Assembly (NCBI GenBank): GCA_016790285.1
Contig: JAEUPJ010000064.1
Coordinates: 312 to 64,311 of the forward strand
Direction of reading: 5' to 3'
DNA from: Roseateles sp.
GTDB lineage: Bacteria; Pseudomonadota; Gammaproteobacteria; Burkholderiales; Burkholderiaceae_C
DNA: 64,000 nucleotides
A model generated the notes under the pieces. The model did no database searches, had not been told where the DNA came from, and was given only the letters and a program-made list of their open reading frames with translations. The number at the start of each line of letters is the position of its first letter. Position 1 is the first letter of the stretch. A program made the position numbers and the translations under genes. Of the stretch, positions 46,131 through 54,676 are shown one piece after another.

Positions 46131-48296
46131 TCAGAAGCGCCAGTCCAGCGCGCCGCTCACGCTGCGCGGTGCGCCGAGGTACGGCAGGCTCGTGCTCAGG
46201 CTGGCCACGTAGCGCGCGTCGGTCGCGTTGTCCACGCGCAGGCGTGCCGTGAGCTGGGGCGTGATGCGCAGCGTGAGGTTCACGCCCAGCAGGTTGTAGC
46301 CCTCGTCCCAGACGGTATTGGCCGTGTTCGCGTAGCGCTTGCCGACGTGGCGCCAGTCGGCCCCCAGCGTGAGCGCCTCGGTGGGGCGCCAGTCGGCGCT
46401 GGCGCCCAGCACCACGGCCGGTACGTTGGCCGGGCGGTTGCCGGCGCGCGAGACGGTGGCGGTGCCCACGGTCTCGACGAAGGTGTCGAACTGCGCCTGG
46501 GTGTAGCTGGCCTGGGCGGCGAGTGTCCAGGCGGCCGTCGGGCGCCAGCGCGTGCTGAGCTCCACGCCGCGGCTGCTCTGCGCACCGACGGGGATGACCT
46601 GGGTGCGGTCGTTGGGGTCGGTGATGGACAGGTTCTTGCGGACGATGTCGTAGACCGCGACGGTGGCCCAGCCGCGGCCGGCGTCAAAGCCCCACTTGCT
46701 GCCCAGCTCCATCTGGCGGCCGCGCGTGAGGTCGAAGTTGCGCAGCGCCGAGAAGCCGGCGGTGGCGAGCACGCCCGACGGCGGGTCGGCGGCGGTGCTG
46801 GCTTGGGCGTAGACCTGCCAGTCGGCGCTGAGGTCCTTGACCACACCGAGCCGCCCGGTGACGGGCGAGTAGCTCGTCGTGAAGAGCGCCGGGTTGGTGG
46901 CCGAGACGGCGCGGTGGTTGCGCACGTCCAGCCCGATGCGGTCGGCCCGCAGCGCGCTCACGACAGACCAGCCGCCGCCCAGCACCGTGCGGTTCTCCAG
47001 GAAGAGCGCGAAGGTGCGCAGCAGGTTGGTGGCCCCCGGCGTGTAGGTGCGCGTGATGCCGGGCGTCTGCAGGAAGAAGCGGTCGGCCGGTGTGTAGGGC
47101 GAGGTGGTGTCGAAGGGGCCGGCGACGGACAGCGGGAAGCGCGTCTGCTCGTTGAAGCTCCAGTCCCAGCCGGCGGAGAAGTCCGAGCGCAGACCGGCGA
47201 TCGTCGTGGCGTGGCTGGCCTCCAGGCGGCTGCCGGTGACGTGCTGGTCGTGCCGCTGCAGCAGGGCGCTGCTGCGCTCGACCGCGGTGTTCGTGGCCTT
47301 GAAGGTGTAGACCTCGACGTTGTCGTAGTCGCGCAGCGCGCTGTAGCGGTAGAGCGTGTGCGTCACGCGCGTGGCGGGCGAGACGGTCCACTCCAGCAGG
47401 GAGCGCGCCCAGTCGACGTCCTGCTGGTAGCGGCCGTCCACCACGTTGTAGTTCACGCCGAAGGTGCCGCGGTCGAAGGCGAGCTGGCCGCTCACGCTGC
47501 CGTCGGCCGCGCGCAGCATGGGCGTGCCCCAGTAGGGCTGCAGCACCTTCTCGTGCTGGCGCTCCAGGGCCAGCGTGTGGACGAGGCCGGCCGCCAGCGG
47601 CGCGCGCCAGGACGCGCTGGCCTGCCAGGCTTCGCGGTCGCGCCCTTGCGTCCAGAGCGCGCCTTCGCTGCGGTTGAGCTCCACGCGCAGCACCTGCGCG
47701 CCCAGGCTGCGCTGCCAGCTGCCGGCGACCTGGGCACGGTCGCCGAGTGCGGTGACCAGGCGCGTCAGGTCGCCGCTGGTGTCGGCCACCTTGGTGATGA
47801 CGTTGATCGTGCCGCCGACAGCGCCCGACCCGTTGAGGAAGCTCGACGGCCCGCCGATGGCCTCCAGCCGCTCGACGATCCAGCTGTCCACCGGCCGCGC
47901 GGCGATGGCGTCGTACTGCACGCTGATGCCGTTGTAGAGCTGGGCCAGCGAGCTGGCGCCGAAGCCGCGGTAGAACACGCTGCCGGCCGAGCCGGGCGGG
48001 TCGGCGAACACGACGCCGGGAACGCCCTTGAGCAGGTCCTGGGTGGTGGTGGCGCCGCGTGCCTCGATGGCTTCACGGTCGATGACCGTCACGCTGGCGG
48101 GCGTCTGCTGCAGCGTCAGGCCCAGGCGCGAGTTGCTGCCGGCTGCCGCGGCCAGGCCGCTGGCGGTGCCGGTGACGTAGATGCGCTCCAGGGTGGTGGG
48201 CTCGGTCTGCGCCGCAGCAGGCAGGGCGAGCAGGCAGGCGAGGGCGATCGGCGCCGGGGCCGCAAGGCCCGCGTGGGAGAAGTGGGGTCGTGTCAT
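46131..48296 (-). CDS. TonB-dependent outer-membrane receptor
   Basis: Signal peptide, a plug domain (TPASVTVIDREAIEARGATTTQDLLKGVPGV), and a C-terminal beta-barrel ending ...SGALDWRF. Its stop lies 2 nt from the PepSY start. Confidence 0.9.
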   Translation of the reverse strand: MTRPHFSHAGLAAPAPIALACLLALPAAAQTEPTTLERIYVTGTASGLAAAAGSNSRLGLTLQQTPASVTVIDREAIEARGATTTQDLLKGVPGVVFADPPGSAGSVFYRGFGASSLAQLYNGISVQYDAIAARPVDSWIVERLEAIGGPSSFLNGSGAVGGTINVITKVADTSGDLTRLVTALGDRAQVAGSWQRSLGAQVLRVELNRSEGALWTQGRDREAWQASASWRAPLAAGLVHTLALERQHEKVLQPYWGTPMLRAADGSVSGQLAFDRGTFGVNYNVVDGRYQQDVDWARSLLEWTVSPATRVTHTLYRYSALRDYDNVEVYTFKATNTAVERSSALLQRHDQHVTGSRLEASHATTIAGLRSDFSAGWDWSFNEQTRFPLSVAGPFDTTSPYTPADRFFLQTPGITRTYTPGATNLLRTFALFLENRTVLGGGWSVVSALRADRIGLDVRNHRAVSATNPALFTTSYSPVTGRLGVVKDLSADWQVYAQASTAADPPSGVLATAGFSALRNFDLTRGRQMELGSKWGFDAGRGWATVAVYDIVRKNLSITDPNDRTQVIPVGAQSSRGVELSTRWRPTAAWTLAAQASYTQAQFDTFVETVGTATVSRAGNRPANVPAVVLGASADWRPTEALTLGADWRHVGKRYANTANTVWDEGYNLLGVNLTLRITPQLTARLRVDNATDARYVASLSTSLPYLGAPRSVSGALDWRF

Positions 48297-48369
48297 GGTG
48301 AGATGGCCGCAAGCCCGCGGCGGGCGGTCCCTGACGGACGGCCGGCCACGTGCACTGGGGCGGGTTCGT

Positions 48370-48897
48370 TCAGTGGTGGGGTTGGGCGGTAGCCGCGACG
48401 GGCTGCACGGTGAGCTTCACGGCCGGCGCGCGCGGCTTGGGGTTGGCCGCGCTGGGCTTCTCGGCCCAGTGCCACTCGCCCTCGGTGCAGGTCTGGCGCA
48501 CGGCGAACCACAGCTCGCCCGGTTCGGCCGGCAGGCTGGCACGCACGACGAACTCGTCGTACCAGGCATCCGGCAACGCGTCCGCCGGTGAGTTGGCCGT
48601 CCAGCGCACCTCCGCGAGCTCGTCGGTGATGGTCTTGCCGTGGCTCTCGTACGGGGCCTTGAGCGGGCGGCGCGTCGTGGTCAGCGTCCAGCCGGGCTTG
48701 GGGCTGGGCTTGGCGCCGCGCAGGCCGTCGGGCAGGGTCACGGTGATGGCCGTGGTGGCCGCACCGTCGCAGCCGTGGCCGACCTTGAAGGTCGCGCGGT
48801 AGCTGCTGCCGGCGGCGGCCGCGGGCTGGTCGAGCGTGATGTGGGCGTGGGCCGTGCCGGCGAGCAGCGCAGCCGTGAACATGGTGGTGATCTTCAT
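48370..48897 (-). CDS. YcnI-family (DUF1775) copper-binding protein
   Basis: The signal peptide ends ...GTAHA, which would leave an N-terminal His (HITLDQP...). The motif FKVGHGCDG and a C-terminal Pro-rich/TM-like tail are also present. Confidence 0.8.
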   Translation of the reverse strand: MKITTMFTAALLAGTAHAHITLDQPAAAAGSSYRATFKVGHGCDGAATTAITVTLPDGLRGAKPSPKPGWTLTTTRRPLKAPYESHGKTITDELAEVRWTANSPADALPDAWYDEFVVRASLPAEPGELWFAVRQTCTEGEWHWAEKPSAANPKPRAPAVKLTVQPVAATAQPHH

Positions 48898-48908
48898 GGC
48901 GTGGGCCC

Positions 48909-51320
48909 TCACAGGTCGAACTTCAGTTCCGCGGCGTAGCTGCGCTGCGGGTAAGGGTGGAAGTTCCAGTACTTGTCGTTGTTGAGGTTGTCCACGCCGA
49001 AGGCGGCGCTCCACTGGCGGTCGATCTGCCAGCGCACGCGCAGGTCGGCCGTCAGGAGGCTGCTGACGCCCTGGTAGGCGTAGCCGTTCACGTCGGCGTT
49101 GTTCAGCGTGCGGTACTGCGGGCCGCTGTAGCGCACGGCGAGGTTGCCGCTCCAGGCGGCGTTGAGCCGGTAGCCCGCCTGCGCGGTGGCGCGCCATCGG
49201 GCGATGTTGGGCTGCCACTTGCCGACTGTGTCGCCCGGCGTGCTCACGAAGCCGGCGTTGGCCTTGATCTTGGAGTCGGTGTAGGTGAGGCTCATCGACA
49301 GGTCCAGCCCGCGGGCCAGCCAGTCGGTGGCGCCCAGCGTCGTCTCCAACCCCGTGGTGCCCACCTTGTCGACGTTCTGCACGCGGCTGATGTTGCGGTT
49401 GGCTGCGGCGTCGAAAACCGTCTGCGAGTACAGCGAGTCGCGCGTGGTCTCGGCAAAGAGCGTGACGCGCGACTGCAGCGGCCCCCAGTGGCTCTCGGCG
49501 CTGAGCTCGCCCGTCCACGACTTCTCGGGCTTGAGCTTGGGGTCGTTGATGTACTGCGCGTTGGTGGTGGACGTGGCGCCGTACAGCTCGCCGACGGTCG
49601 GCATGCGCACGGCGCGGCCCACGGAGGCTTTCAGGACGGTCTCGGCCGCGGCCTGCCACGACAGCGCCGCCTTGGGCGACAGGAAGTGTTCCTTGCGCGT
49701 GGCGTAGACGCTGGGCGGGGGCGTGCCGGTGGCCGAGAAGTCGGTGCGGCCGTCGCGGGCCTCCCAGGCCTCGGCGCGCAGGCCGAGCACGGCCTTCCAG
49801 TCGGCGTTCAGCAGCCAGGCATCCTGGACATAGGCCGATTGCAGCCGGGTCTTGCCGCTCACCTTGTTGACGAGGGCGCCTGCGGCGTCGCTCAGGTAGT
49901 TGCCGCTGACCGTGGAGGTGAGGTAGCTGAGCTTGTAGCCGTCCTGCTGCAGGCCGACATCGACGACGTGGCCCGTGCCCGCGGGGCGCCAGATGCCTTT
50001 GGCCGCGAGCGTGTGCCAGCCGCTGCCGCTGCCATCGGCCAGCGTGCCGGCGCCGCCGGAGAGCGCGCCCGGCTGGGTGTTGGCGGCACTGTTCTGGCGC
50101 TTGTCGTCGCGGCCGTAGTCGTACAGGCTCGCGGCCAGTTCCCAGTCCCATTCGCCGCCCGTGCGGCTCTTCAGCGACAGGCCGTGCATCATGTGGCTGA
50201 GCTTCTCGCGGGTGACGGCGAAATCAGCCCCCGTGGGCGCGGCGTACTGCTTGCCGTCGATGACGATGGCGCCGCCGTACACCGGCTGGCCCGCTGCGTT
50301 GCGCAGGTAGCTCTCGGCGTTGCCATCGGCCTCGTTGCGCCAGGCGCCGAACACATAGCTCGCGCGCAGCGTGGGGCTCACGTCGTAGGCGACCTTCACC
50401 TTGAAGTGGTCCTGCACCGTGCGGTACTGGGTGCCTGCGCCGATCAGCCACCAGGCCTGGTTGGCATTGTTCAGGCCCGCGACGGCGCCGGTGACCGGTG
50501 TGCCGTTGGTGACGGCCGTCCCCGAGGACAGCAGCCGCGTCGCGAAGGTGAGCGGCTGGCCTTCGCTGTCGGTGCGGTTCACGTTGACCCACCAGCGCCA
50601 GTCGCCCGCGCGGCTGCCCACCGAGGCGCTGGCCTGCCAGGCGCGGTAGGTGGCCTTCGTGTTGTAGAGCTCGAAGGGCTGGGCCACGTAGCCCACCTTG
50701 GCGTGGGCTTCGAAGGCGCTGGGCATGCGGGTGACGTAGTCCACCACCGCACCCGCCGAGTTGCCCGGGTAGGCCGCCGAGAAGGGGCCGTACATCACGT
50801 CCACGCGCTCGATCTCTTCCGGCGTGACCAGCCCCCAGCGCGGCGGGAAGGATAGCCCGCCCACGCCGTTGCCGAGGTGGTTGGACAGCAGCACGCCGTC
50901 GGCATACACGGCCGAGCGCGCGCTGTTGCCGGTGCCCGAGGCGCGGCTGGAGAGGATGGCGTGGTTGTAGTCGCCGATGTAGCGCTTGCGCACCAGGAGG
51001 CTCGGCAGGTACTTGAGCGCGTCTTCCGAGTCGGTCGCGTTGATGTTGCGCTCGATGTCTTCGCGCGTCACGGTCTCGCGCGTGGTCGGGATGTTGGTGG
51101 GCAGGGAGCTGGGCGAGGCGCCTTGCACGCGCACGAGGCCGAGCCGGGTGCGGGGTGCGGCGGTGGCCGTGTCGTCGGTCGCGGCACCCGCGGCGGAAGA
51201 GGCTACAGGGGCCGGGGCGTCGTCGCCGCAATCGCAGTCGTCGCAGGCCAGGGCGAGGCCAGGCAACAGGTACAGCACAACGCACGCCGCGGCGGCGCGC
51301 GCGAGGAGGGTCTTGTTCAT
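48909..51320 (-). CDS. TonB-dependent outer-membrane receptor with a Cys/Asp-rich N-terminal extension
   Basis: The signal region ends ...GLALACDDCDCGDD. The plug domain follows (ETVTREDIERNINATDSEDALKYLPSLLV), and the barrel terminates AAELKFDL. Confidence 0.9.
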   Translation of the reverse strand: MNKTLLARAAAACVVLYLLPGLALACDDCDCGDDAPAPVASSAAGAATDDTATAAPRTRLGLVRVQGASPSSLPTNIPTTRETVTREDIERNINATDSEDALKYLPSLLVRKRYIGDYNHAILSSRASGTGNSARSAVYADGVLLSNHLGNGVGGLSFPPRWGLVTPEEIERVDVMYGPFSAAYPGNSAGAVVDYVTRMPSAFEAHAKVGYVAQPFELYNTKATYRAWQASASVGSRAGDWRWWVNVNRTDSEGQPLTFATRLLSSGTAVTNGTPVTGAVAGLNNANQAWWLIGAGTQYRTVQDHFKVKVAYDVSPTLRASYVFGAWRNEADGNAESYLRNAAGQPVYGGAIVIDGKQYAAPTGADFAVTREKLSHMMHGLSLKSRTGGEWDWELAASLYDYGRDDKRQNSAANTQPGALSGGAGTLADGSGSGWHTLAAKGIWRPAGTGHVVDVGLQQDGYKLSYLTSTVSGNYLSDAAGALVNKVSGKTRLQSAYVQDAWLLNADWKAVLGLRAEAWEARDGRTDFSATGTPPPSVYATRKEHFLSPKAALSWQAAAETVLKASVGRAVRMPTVGELYGATSTTNAQYINDPKLKPEKSWTGELSAESHWGPLQSRVTLFAETTRDSLYSQTVFDAAANRNISRVQNVDKVGTTGLETTLGATDWLARGLDLSMSLTYTDSKIKANAGFVSTPGDTVGKWQPNIARWRATAQAGYRLNAAWSGNLAVRYSGPQYRTLNNADVNGYAYQGVSSLLTADLRVRWQIDRQWSAAFGVDNLNNDKYWNFHPYPQRSYAAELKFDL

Positions 51321-51415
51321 GGGCAGCAGTGATCGAACCAAGCCCGTGCGTGCGGCAGGAGCCGGCAGCGCGGGCAGACGCCGCACCCGGTGGGCGCGGC
51401 AGCGTCAGGGAGCGA

Positions 51416-51799
51416 TCAAAGTGCGGGTGGGGCGCGTGCGCTGGCGGGGCGCCAGGCGTGGGCGGTGACGGGGGCTGTCCAGAAGCGCTCGGGGGCTTGC
51501 TGCACGAGGTCGTTGCGCAGCAGCACTTGCGGTGCCGGCGGCGGGCCGGCGAGGTCGGCGGTGCCGATGTGGCAGGCGGGGCAGTGGCCTTTGGCCAGCA
51601 GGTCCAGCGCGGCCTCGATGGGCTTGGGCTTGGCGGCATTGGCAGCGGTCGGCGCACGGCAGACGTCCTGCCAGGCGCTGTAGTCGCCCCGCGCATGGGC
51701 CAGTGCCGCGCTGAGGCCCGGCGCCAGCACGCCCAGCAGGAACACGGCCACCAGCCACCAGGTGTGGCGGCGCGAGCGGGCGTGGTTCAGGCGAGGCAT
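51416..51799 (-). CDS. DUF2946-like small exported protein
   Basis: N-terminal TM/signal region, Cys motifs (DVCR...GHCPACH), and a position at the head of a TonB-receptor operon. Confidence 0.55.
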   Translation of the reverse strand: MPRLNHARSRRHTWWLVAVFLLGVLAPGLSAALAHARGDYSAWQDVCRAPTAANAAKPKPIEAALDLLAKGHCPACHIGTADLAGPPPAPQVLLRNDLVQQAPERFWTAPVTAHAWRPASARAPPAL

Positions 51800-51908
51800 G
51801 GCGGCGGGATTCTAGGGGGCCACCGTGGTGCCGCGTTCGATCCACGTCAAGGGCGCGTCCGACAAACTGGGGTTGTGCGGCCTGCGCGGGCAGGCCGACA
51901 CTGCGCCG

Positions 51909-52541
51909 ATGGATGCCGCCACCCCGCCCCCCAAACCCTGGCCCGCCCGGCTGCTCGGCTGGATGGGCGCCGAAGCGCCCAAGCTGCTGGCCAGCGTGGT
52001 GCTGCTGGTGCTGGGCTTCTGGATCAAGGATTCGGTGGACCTCGCCATCAAGCAGCGCCAGCTCGACCTGAGCTACACGAAGGAAATGCTCGCCGTGCTG
52101 CAGAAGCTCACCGAGGAGGAAGACCTCGCCAAGCTGAACAACGCGGCCGTCGTGCTGGCGTCGTTCGGGGAGCCGGCGCTGCCCGCGCTGCTGATGGAGC
52201 TGCGCCGCACCGACCTGCATGCCGTGGCCGCACTGCGCGGCCTGGAGGCGCTGGCCGTGCGCGACCCGCAGACCCTGTGCCGCGTGCTGCCGCCGCTGCT
52301 GCTCAAGCGCAACCAGCATTACGGCGTGGGCGCGCACCGCAACCTCATCGACCTCATCGGCGACAACGGCTGCGTGAAGGCGCTGCCGCAGCTGCGCCGC
52401 TACCTCGACCTCGCCAATGCCGCCGCGCAGGGCCGCCCGCAGGAGCTCAACCAGCGCCTGAGTGCCGAGGCTCCCATCACGCCGGACGGCTACCTCATGC
52501 TGAAAAACGCCGCCCAGCAGGCGATTGCCAACCTGGAGTGA
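51909..52541 (+). CDS. membrane-anchored protein with HEAT-like repeats, unknown function
   Basis: One N-terminal TM helix (LLASVVLLVLGFWI). The helical repeats resemble HEAT/PBS-lyase repeats (GEPALPALLMELRRTDLHAVAALRGL...VKALPQLRRYL). The start is uncertain; the track ORF begins at 51825. Confidence 0.5.
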   Translation: MDAATPPPKPWPARLLGWMGAEAPKLLASVVLLVLGFWIKDSVDLAIKQRQLDLSYTKEMLAVLQKLTEEEDLAKLNNAAVVLASFGEPALPALLMELRRTDLHAVAALRGLEALAVRDPQTLCRVLPPLLLKRNQHYGVGAHRNLIDLIGDNGCVKALPQLRRYLDLANAAAQGRPQELNQRLSAEAPITPDGYLMLKNAAQQAIANLE

Positions 52542-52545
52542 ACCG

Positions 52546-53358
52546 ATGTCGCGCCCTCTCCTGAAGGTTCTCTTGATCCTGCTGGCCGCCGCCTCGGCCG
52601 CCCAGGCCGCCGTCGTGAACTGCCCGGCCGCTGCCGGGCGCTTCACGGTGCTGCTGAGCGAACCCAGTGGCGCTGCCATGCCGGACCGCCTGGCGGTGGA
52701 ACGCTTCCTGAACAAGCTGCAGTTCGAGCTCGACCAGGAGCGCGACGAGCACTGGATCAACCCGGGTGCCACGCCCGTGGCCTTTCGGGCCTGCCCGCGG
52801 CGCGCGCCTGCGCTGGACGGCAGCGAGTTCAGCGCCGAACTCGTGGAGCAGCTCAACGACCAGCGCGTGCTGCTGGAGGTCTGGGGCGTGGTCGACAAGG
52901 ACGGCACGCCCCCTGCGCTCACGGCCCAGATCAACTACCTGCTCGTGCCCCTGCGCTTTGCGGCCGACCAGCGCGAGGCCGTGCAGGGCATGCCCAGCGG
53001 CCTGCAGCGGCTGCGCTACCCCGAGGCGGGTGCGGCGCCGACCCAGGACGCCGTGCAGCTGATCACCCGCCCGCTGGACCTGGACGCCTTCGTCGCCACC
53101 AGCCTGGGCCTGAAGCTGCAGCGCGAGCGGGCCTACGAGCCGGCCCACGCCAACCTGTGCCGCGCCTCCAGCCTCATCGGCGCCATGCTCAAGCGGCCCA
53201 TCGCCGGCCGCGCCAAGGCCGAGCTGACCACGCTGCACACGTTCGTGCAGGACAGCGCCGCGCGCACGCTGCGCGAGGCACTCGCCGACACCGCCTACCC
53301 GCGCACCGGCGTGCTGCGGCTGCAGCAACCCGCCCAGCCCTGCGCGGGGGAGGAGTGA
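52546..53358 (+). CDS. secreted hypothetical protein
   Basis: Signal peptide (LLKVLLILLAAASAAQA). No motif was recognised. The start lies 4 nt after the upstream stop. Confidence 0.55.
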   Translation: MSRPLLKVLLILLAAASAAQAAVVNCPAAAGRFTVLLSEPSGAAMPDRLAVERFLNKLQFELDQERDEHWINPGATPVAFRACPRRAPALDGSEFSAELVEQLNDQRVLLEVWGVVDKDGTPPALTAQINYLLVPLRFAADQREAVQGMPSGLQRLRYPEAGAAPTQDAVQLITRPLDLDAFVATSLGLKLQRERAYEPAHANLCRASSLIGAMLKRPIAGRAKAELTTLHTFVQDSAARTLREALADTAYPRTGVLRLQQPAQPCAGEE

Positions 53359-53360
53359 CC

Positions 53361-54659
53361 ATGGCGCGCCGATTCGCTTCGTGGATGGCGGGATGGATGG
53401 CCGCCGTGGCGCTGGCCATGCCCGCGCAGGCGGGCATGTTCGCGCGGCCCTGTTCCGAGCCGGTCGTGTTTCGCGGCGCTGCGGTCAATGCCCTCGTGCT
53501 GCCCTGGCGCGTGGACCCTTCGCAGCCGCGCGCCCAGGAGGCGGGCCGCCAGGTGTCGTCGCTGGCCCACCTGCAATTGCTCATGGGCATGCTGCCGCTG
53601 GGCTCCATCGGCGCGGTGGACCTGGTGGCCGAACCCGATGGCGTGTGCGATGTCGACGACGTGCTCTCGCGCGTCAGCCGCCAGGGCGTGCAGGGCGACC
53701 GGCTGGCGCCGGGCCAGGCGGTGGTGGCGGTGTGGGGGCGGCTGTTCGCGCAGGACGGCGAGCTGTACGTGCAGACCTACCTGCGCTTTGCGCGCCAGGG
53801 CGAGTCCGGGCTGCAACCGGAAACGCTGCTGCTGCGCTGGGGCGGCGTCGAGCTGAAGGCGGGCCTGCCCATGCAGGGCGTGGCCTTCGCGCCGCGGCGC
53901 ATCACGCTGGACGACCTGGCCCGCGTCGATGCCGCCACCCGCGCGGCGCTGCAGGTGCGCCCCCAGCCCGAGGCGGATGCGCCGGGCACGCCCTTTCCGA
54001 GCGCGGGGCGCCAGGGCCTGCCGTACTGGATCACCGAGCAGCGCGGCGACTGGCTGCGGCTGCAGCCCATGCGGGGCGGGCTGCCCGCGGGCTGGGTGCG
54101 CGCGCAGCCGCGCGACGAGGTGGCGCAGTGGTCGCTGTCGCGCTGGCTGCCGGAGCTGGACTACGCGCTGGCCGTGGCCGGCTGGCTGCGGCTGCAGGTG
54201 GGCGCCGGGCGCGGCATGGCGCCCGAAGAACGCACAAGGCTGACGGCCTTCGTCGAGGCCGCGCTGGCCCGCTATGAGCGCGCCGTGCCGGCCGAGCAGG
54301 CGCCGGCCGCATGGGGGCTGGCGGCGTCGCTGCGCGGGCAGATGGCCTGGGCGCGGGGCGAGCAGGCCGCAGCGGCCGGCCTCTTCGCGCAAGCGCGCGA
54401 GCGGCTGCCGGCGTCGGCCGCGGCGGCGAACCTGGCGGCCGTCTCGGCGCTGGTGGGCACGCCGGCCAGTGCCGAGTCGACGCAGCGCCTGGGCCGCAGC
54501 CTGCTCGGGGCGCTGGCCTTGTCACCCCAGGACCCGGTGCTGCGCGCCAACCTGGCCGCGCTTTATGCCCTGTACGCGGACCGCCCGGGCTACAGCCCCT
54601 TCGCACCGGCGGAGCTGGCCCAGCGTCAGCAGGTGCTCGGCGCGCCGCGGCAGCCTTAG
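53361..54659 (+). CDS. secreted hypothetical protein with an SH3-like segment and a helical (TPR-like) C-terminus
   Basis: Signal peptide (MAAVALAMPAQA). The N-domain resembles the preceding protein (VAVWGRLFAQDGELYVQTYLRFARQ against LEVWGVVDKDG...QINYLLVPLRFAADQ). The segment YWITEQRGDWLRLQP...GWV is reminiscent of a bacterial SH3 domain. Confidence 0.55.
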   Translation: MARRFASWMAGWMAAVALAMPAQAGMFARPCSEPVVFRGAAVNALVLPWRVDPSQPRAQEAGRQVSSLAHLQLLMGMLPLGSIGAVDLVAEPDGVCDVDDVLSRVSRQGVQGDRLAPGQAVVAVWGRLFAQDGELYVQTYLRFARQGESGLQPETLLLRWGGVELKAGLPMQGVAFAPRRITLDDLARVDAATRAALQVRPQPEADAPGTPFPSAGRQGLPYWITEQRGDWLRLQPMRGGLPAGWVRAQPRDEVAQWSLSRWLPELDYALAVAGWLRLQVGAGRGMAPEERTRLTAFVEAALARYERAVPAEQAPAAWGLAASLRGQMAWARGEQAAAAGLFAQARERLPASAAAANLAAVSALVGTPASAESTQRLGRSLLGALALSPQDPVLRANLAALYALYADRPGYSPFAPAELAQRQQVLGAPRQP

Positions 54660-54676
54660 CGCCGCCCTGGGGGCGT

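Noticed and set aside
44614-50855. Long plus-strand ORFs (44614-46212, 46347-48392, 48957-50855) across the copper cluster
   Set aside because: All are antisense to the PepSY and TonB-receptor genes, which have clear family motifs. The ORF products are low-complexity.
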